Shown: in pieces, positions 59,264-64,000 of the stretch
How positions within the stretch are numbered: the stretch's first letter is position 1
Layout of the letters: the number at the start of each line of letters is the position of its first letter
Assembly (NCBI GenBank): GCA_016869645.1
Contig: VGDO01000003.1
Coordinates: 14,875 to 78,874 of the forward strand
DNA from: Alphaproteobacteria bacterium
GTDB taxonomy: Bacteria > Pseudomonadota > Alphaproteobacteria > SHVW01
Length of the DNA stretch: 64,000 nucleotides
Direction of reading: 5' to 3'
Notes under the pieces: model-generated
What the model saw: only the letters and a program-made list of their open reading frames with translations
Told to the model about the DNA's origin: nothing
Database searches by the model: none
Program-made: the position numbers and the translations under genes

Positions 59264-60322
59264 TCAGCCCGAGATGATCCGGTTCCAGCGATCCGTCCAT
59301 TCGGCGCGCCGGTCGGCCATGAAATCATGATCAAACCGAATCATGCGCTTCAGCTGGTCGTCGCTGAACTTGACGCGCTCCTGGAGATTGGCCGGAAGCA
59401 GCGGCACTGACTTCGGGTTCGAGCCACCGTAGTTGAAGGTATGCGCGAATGCAGTTTGGTGCTGCGGGTCCATCTGGACGTTGAGATAGCGCTCGGCCCA
59501 CTCCAGGTGCTTGGTGCCCTTGGCGATGCCGGTGCCCCACGCAATCTCAATGCCGCCTTCCTTGGGGAAGGCCCATTCGACCGGCGCGCCCTTGTCCTTG
59601 ATCGTGAAGGTCTGCGACTTGTAGAGCAGACCGACCTGGGCTTCGCCGGACTGGAAGGCGTTCATGATGCTGTCCGTGTCCTGCACGAACATCGGCTTGA
59701 GGTCCTTCATGCGCTTCAGCATTTCGAAGCCGGCCTCGGCATCCTTCGGGTCCTTACCGGCCGCAATTGCACCGATCGCGACGATGTAGAGGCCGATCGA
59801 GTGCACGACCTCGGGCAGGATGATCCTCCCCCTGAATTCGGGCCGCCACAAATCGGCCCAGGAGGTTGGCGGATTCTTCAGATCCTTGTGATAGGTGATA
59901 CCGACCGCGTTGAAGATGTGCGCGATCCAGTAGTCGTGCACGTGTTGCGGATAGACGTCCTTCAGATGCGTCAAACGCGGCGAGTTGCGGTCGATCTTCT
60001 CGAGCACGCCCTGCTTGACCGCGAGCGGGAAGTTGCCGTCGTGCAGCGCCAGAAGATCGTATTTCTGGTCGTTCAGATTGACCTTGAGCTTGGCGATACG
60101 GCCGACCGGGTCGCCCGAATTGTCCTGCACCAGCTTGACGCCGGTTTCCTTCTCGAAGGCGGCGTCCATGCTGCCCTTGAGCGCATTGCCCCACAAGCCG
60201 CCCCAGGTCATGTAAATGATCTGGCTGGGCTTCGACTGTGCAAATGCGGGTGCCAACCCGCCGCCAATGGCGGTGGTCGTCGCCGTTGCCAGCGTGCTCT
60301 TCAGGAAATCGCGTCGCAGCAT
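59264..60322 (-). CDS. ABC substrate-binding protein, PotD/PotF polyamine-type family, Tat signal
   Basis: MLRRDFLKSTLATA.. twin-arginine signal, 353 aa. Confidence 0.75.
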   Translation of the reverse strand: MLRRDFLKSTLATATTTAIGGGLAPAFAQSKPSQIIYMTWGGLWGNALKGSMDAAFEKETGVKLVQDNSGDPVGRIAKLKVNLNDQKYDLLALHDGNFPLAVKQGVLEKIDRNSPRLTHLKDVYPQHVHDYWIAHIFNAVGITYHKDLKNPPTSWADLWRPEFRGRIILPEVVHSIGLYIVAIGAIAAGKDPKDAEAGFEMLKRMKDLKPMFVQDTDSIMNAFQSGEAQVGLLYKSQTFTIKDKGAPVEWAFPKEGGIEIAWGTGIAKGTKHLEWAERYLNVQMDPQHQTAFAHTFNYGGSNPKSVPLLPANLQERVKFSDDQLKRMIRFDHDFMADRRAEWTDRWNRIISG

Positions 60323-60501
60323 GTCTGTCTCCCTGTCGGTCGCATCGGTTATTGCGTTTTCGTGCTTGTTGCCGTCAGTTTGGGCCGGGGCTGCCGGCGC
60401 GTCAACGGCCGGAGAGAGCCTGGTGAGTGGCCCGACTGACCTTGGCCAGTTCGCCGCACCCGCGATATAAGCATTGGCCCGATTCGGCGGAGAGGATCGA
60501 C

Positions 60502-61674
60502 GTGGTCGCGCAATACGACGTCATCGTCGTCGGTGGCGGAATTCTTGGCGCCAGCACGGCCTATCATCTGGAGCACCTGCGCGCAGGCCGCATCCTGCTC
60601 CTCGACCGCGATCGTCCGGCCGGCGGGGCCACCGGCAAGAGCGCTGCGATCGTCCATCAGCATTTCGACCATGCACCGACTGTCCGCCTGGCGCGCGCCA
60701 CCATCGACATGCTCAAGGCGATGCCCGATGAGCGCGACACCGATTCCTGCTTCGTGCAATGCGGCCACGGCCTCATGGTCGGCGCAGACATGCTCGTGGA
60801 AACGCGCAAGACCATGGCGGTGCAGCGCTCGCTGGGCATCGACGTGGCGCAGCTTGCCGGCGGCGGGCCTCCGCATCTTATCGGCCCGATCGACAGCCGC
60901 GGCGTCGCGGCGCTCATCTACGAAAAGCTCGGCGGCTATGCCGATCCGGTCAAGACGACGGAGATCTACGTCAAGGCGTTTCGCAACGCCGGCGGCACCG
61001 TCAAGCCCGGCACCACCGTGCGTGCGCTGCGGCGCGAAGGCGACCGGATCACAGGCGTCGAGACCGACCAGGGGCCGCTCAGTGCCGACCTCGTCGTCAA
61101 TGCGGCGGGACCGTGGGCTGGCCTGGTGGCGGCCACGGCGAGCCTGCCACTATCGCTGACGACGTCGCGCGAGCACGTGTCGCATTGGCGCATCGGTCCC
61201 GATCATGGTCCGCCGATCAAGCCGGTACCGCGCATCGTCATCACCGACCTGGTCGCCGGCATTTATCTTCGGCCGCTCGGCATCGCCCATATCGCGGTGG
61301 GCCGCGCCGGCCCGCGCGAGCTCGAGCCGGCCGACCCGGAGCGTTTCCGCCGCGGTCCCAATCCGACCATCCTCGAGGACATGCGCCAGCGCATCGCGCG
61401 GCGCTTTCCCGAACTTTCCGATATGCCGCTCGCCTCCATCCACACCGCGCTGGGCGCCACGACCGAGGATGGCCTCGCCTATGCCGGCCGGCGGGGCGGC
61501 CTCGCAGGCTACGCCGACGCGTGCAGTGGCGCCTACGGTTTCGCCGTGGCGCCCGCGCTCGGCCGCGAGCTGGCGCGCGCGCTGGTCAGCAACAAGACAA
61601 CGGACGATCTGGCCAGCTTGAGCTACGATCGGCTGGCCGGCAAACAGCAAACGGCGATCAAACGGGCGGAATGA
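60502..61674 (+). CDS. FAD-dependent oxidoreductase (DAO family; D-hydroxyproline/D-amino-acid dehydrogenase-like)
   Basis: Rossmann motif DVIVVGGGILGAS. GTG 60502 chosen behind GGAGAGGA; the ORF opens at GTG 60427. Confidence 0.7.
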   Translation: MVAQYDVIVVGGGILGASTAYHLEHLRAGRILLLDRDRPAGGATGKSAAIVHQHFDHAPTVRLARATIDMLKAMPDERDTDSCFVQCGHGLMVGADMLVETRKTMAVQRSLGIDVAQLAGGGPPHLIGPIDSRGVAALIYEKLGGYADPVKTTEIYVKAFRNAGGTVKPGTTVRALRREGDRITGVETDQGPLSADLVVNAAGPWAGLVAATASLPLSLTTSREHVSHWRIGPDHGPPIKPVPRIVITDLVAGIYLRPLGIAHIAVGRAGPRELEPADPERFRRGPNPTILEDMRQRIARRFPELSDMPLASIHTALGATTEDGLAYAGRRGGLAGYADACSGAYGFAVAPALGRELARALVSNKTTDDLASLSYDRLAGKQQTAIKRAE

Positions 61675-62684
61675 ACGACGCGGCGGACGGCTTCGAAACG
61701 ATCGAGATGCACACAGGCGGCGAGCCCGTTCGCATCGTCGTCAAAGGTTATCCCAACATCCCGGGCGAGACGATTCTCGCCAAGCGCCGGCACGCGCGCG
61801 AGCAGCTCGACCATATCAGGCGCATGCTCATGTTCGAACCGCGCGGCCACTACGACATGTACGGCGTGATACCGGTCAAGCCCGATCATCCCGAGGCGGA
61901 TCTCGCCGTGCTGTTCATGCACAACGAGGGCTACAGCACCATGTGCGGCCACGCGACCATCGCAATCGGCCGCTGGGCGATCGACACCGGACTGATCGCG
62001 CGAAGCGAGCCGGAGACGCGCTTCAACCTGCAGGTTCCGTGCGGCCTCGTGCGCCTGCGCGTCGCCGTGTCAGGCACGACGACCGGGACCGTCCATTTCG
62101 AGAGCGTGCCGGCCTTCGCCGCCGCGCTCGACTGCCAGGTGGATATCCCCGAGTTGGGGCGATTGACGCTCGATATCGGCTATGGCGGCGCCTTCTACGC
62201 GCTGGTGCCCGCTGCCGCCATCGGCCTCGATCTCAAGCGCTCGCCCGTGGCGCAGATCGTCGAACGCGCCGACCGCGTGACCCAAGCGGTCAAACGCCAG
62301 GTCAAGCTCGAGCATCCCGACGACCCCGACCTCGCTTTCCTCTATGGCACGATCGTGACCGACGGCAACGACGCCTGGGAACCCGACGCAACGCGCAATG
62401 TCTGCGTCTTCGCCGAGCGCGAGGTCGACCGCAGCCCGACCGGCTCCGGCGTCACGGCGCGCATCGCCGTCCAGCACGCCAAGGGATTGATCAAGCTCGA
62501 CCAGGAGCGTCGCTTCGAAAGCCTGACCGATGCGATCTTCACTGGTCGCGCGATTTCGACCGGCAGGCTCGGCCGCTTCGACACCGTCACGGTCGAGGTC
62601 GGCGGCCGTGCCCACTACACCGGCCGCGCGCGCTACACGGTCGAAGCCGACGACATGCTGGGCGAAGGCTTCCTGCTGCGCTGA
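61671..62684 (+). CDS. proline-racemase-family enzyme of the Cys/Thr type (trans-3-hydroxy-L-proline dehydratase-like)
   Basis: 337 aa with ..MHTGGEP.. and ..MCGHATIA.. (first catalytic Cys). The second catalytic position reads ..DRSPTGSG.., i.e. Thr not Cys. Start overlaps the upstream stop (ATGA). Confidence 0.75.
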   Translation: MNDAADGFETIEMHTGGEPVRIVVKGYPNIPGETILAKRRHAREQLDHIRRMLMFEPRGHYDMYGVIPVKPDHPEADLAVLFMHNEGYSTMCGHATIAIGRWAIDTGLIARSEPETRFNLQVPCGLVRLRVAVSGTTTGTVHFESVPAFAAALDCQVDIPELGRLTLDIGYGGAFYALVPAAAIGLDLKRSPVAQIVERADRVTQAVKRQVKLEHPDDPDLAFLYGTIVTDGNDAWEPDATRNVCVFAEREVDRSPTGSGVTARIAVQHAKGLIKLDQERRFESLTDAIFTGRAISTGRLGRFDTVTVEVGGRAHYTGRARYTVEADDMLGEGFLLR

Positions 62685-62752
62685 TCCTCGGTTTGATCTC
62701 GCGGCCGCGCTCGGCTAGCCTTCACCTGTCTCGCACCGGGAGGTCCATCGAC

Positions 62753-63565
62753 ATGCTGAAGACCATTCTCGCCGGCGCCGCTCTGGCGCTGGCTTTGACG
62801 AGCGTCGCTGACGCTCAGACGCTCGATAAGATCAAGCAGCGCGGCTCGATCGTCGTCGGAGTGAAGAACGACTACAAGCCGTGGGGCTTTCTTGACCCGT
62901 CCGGCAAGATCGTCGGCATGGAGATCGACCTCGCTCAGGACGTGGCCAACCGCCTCAATGCCAAGCTCGAGCTGATTCCGGTCGTCGCCGCCAACCGCAT
63001 GGAATTCCTTCAGCAGGGCCGCATCGACCTGATCATCGCCACCTTGGGCGACACCGCGCAGCGGCGCACCGTGATCGGCATGATCGAGCCCAACTACTAT
63101 GCTGGCGGCACCAATGTTCTGGCGCCGAAATCGGCCGGGCTCAAGGACTGGAAGCAGCTCAAGGACCGCAAGGTCTGCGCCATCCAGGGCGCCTACTACA
63201 ATCGCCGGGTGACCCAGCTCTACGGCCCGGAGCTCGTGTCCTTCACCGGCATTCCCGAGGTGCTCAACGCGCTGCAGCAGGGCAATTGCATCGCCTTCGT
63301 GTTCGACAACACGCTGATCGATTCGACGCTGTCCTCGGGCGATCCGAAATGGGCAAATTACGAGATGCCGCTGGTCACCGAGGACGAGCAGCCCTGGGCC
63401 ATCGCCGTGCCGCTGCCCGAGCTCAACGGCCCCTATGGCGAGTTCATGAAGAAGGTCAGCATCGACTGGCACAAGACCGGCAAGATCGTCGAACTGGAGA
63501 AGAAGTGGGGCATCAAGCCGAGCCCGTTCGTCGCGGAGATGCATCAGAAGCATAAGGCGATGTAG
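62753..63565 (+). CDS. polar amino-acid ABC transporter substrate-binding protein (family 3) with signal peptide
   Basis: MLKTILAGAALALALTSVADA signal, GGGAGG RBS. Confidence 0.8.
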   Translation: MLKTILAGAALALALTSVADAQTLDKIKQRGSIVVGVKNDYKPWGFLDPSGKIVGMEIDLAQDVANRLNAKLELIPVVAANRMEFLQQGRIDLIIATLGDTAQRRTVIGMIEPNYYAGGTNVLAPKSAGLKDWKQLKDRKVCAIQGAYYNRRVTQLYGPELVSFTGIPEVLNALQQGNCIAFVFDNTLIDSTLSSGDPKWANYEMPLVTEDEQPWAIAVPLPELNGPYGEFMKKVSIDWHKTGKIVELEKKWGIKPSPFVAEMHQKHKAM

Positions 63566-63620
63566 GCGCGCGCGCCGGGCGGAGCTGCTCCGCCCGGCGC
63601 TGCCGATCGCGCGGGGGCGC

Positions 63621-64000
63621 ATGGAAGCGATTGCCGACTGGTTCAAGTGGCTCAACGCCGCCCACGGCATCAACCTCACCATCTTCTACGACGATTTCGA
63701 CCGCGCGCGCTTCCTGCGCGGCCTGCTGACGACCCTCTGGCTGTCGGTGGTCTGTATCGCGCTCAGCGTGGTGATCGGCGTGGTCGGCGCCTGGGTACAA
63801 GGATCGCGCTTCCGCCTGCTGCGCCGGCTCGTCCAGGGCTATATCCAGTTCTTCCGCAACACGCCGCCGCTGATCCAGCTCTACTTCTTCTATTTTGCGG
63901 TCGGCGGATTGCTGCCGCGCGTGACCGACGCGCATGGCGCGCTGGTGCCGCCGGTCAGTAACTATGCCTGGGCCATCATCTCGTTCTCGTTCTTCGCCGG
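63621..64000 (+). CDS. amino-acid ABC transporter permease, 3'-truncated by window edge
   Basis: ATG 63621 (MEAIADWFKWLN..). ..LTTLWLSVVCIALSVVIGVVGA.. and ..QFFRNTPPLIQLYFFYF... Open to the end of the window. Confidence 0.7.
   Translation, partial: MEAIADWFKWLNAAHGINLTIFYDDFDRARFLRGLLTTLWLSVVCIALSVVIGVVGAWVQGSRFRLLRRLVQGYIQFFRNTPPLIQLYFFYFAVGGLLPRVTDAHGALVPPVSNYAWAIISFSFFA

Noticed and set aside
57779-59410. Plus-strand ORF 57779..59410 (543 aa) opposite the 493-aa unknown gene
   Set aside because: The minus-strand ORF is favoured. It is translationally coupled (ATGA) to the ATPase gene, fits the operon orientation and contains a GATase1-like motif. The plus-strand ORF is Arg/Gly-rich with no features.

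Overview
The window is a 64-kb chromosomal segment from a high-GC (~66%) alphaproteobacterium, Rhizobiales/Bradyrhizobium-like by codon usage and gene content. It is densely packed, mostly in operons with 1-4 nt overlaps, and dominated by transport and catabolism. Transport: a peptide/opine-type ABC system in D-F-A-B-C order, a decayed second family-5 ABC system whose binding-protein gene carries an in-frame TAG, two polyamine-type ABC binding proteins, a TRAP system, an RND pump with its adaptor, a MATE exporter, and an amino-acid ABC system at the 3' edge. Catabolism: creatininase, a hydantoinase B/A pair with an IDH-family dehydrogenase and an SDR, a putative non-phosphorylative sugar-acid cluster (lactonase, enolase-superfamily dehydratase, FAH-like hydrolase, SDRs), an amidase with an AstE-like deacylase, a YdiJ-like FAD/Fe-S 2-hydroxyacid dehydrogenase with a GntR regulator, and a hydroxyproline module. 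It also holds a vapBC toxin-antitoxin pair and a contiguous queuosine block, queA-tgt-(unknown)-queF-queG. The unknown gene in that block appears to encode a degenerate EAL-like protein. The most anomalous feature is a 71-nt C55-G5-C11 block at 14463-14533 that sits exactly where the stop codons of two convergent genes should be. It may be an assembly or base-calling artefact, but it needs checking. Other items worth follow-up: an uncharacterised 493-aa gene translationally coupled inside a polyamine-type ABC operon, and a TRAP large permease with a ~200-aa acidic insertion. No rRNA, tRNA, CRISPR, transposase or integrase genes were detected. Many long antisense ORFs in the six-frame track are GC-driven artefacts.
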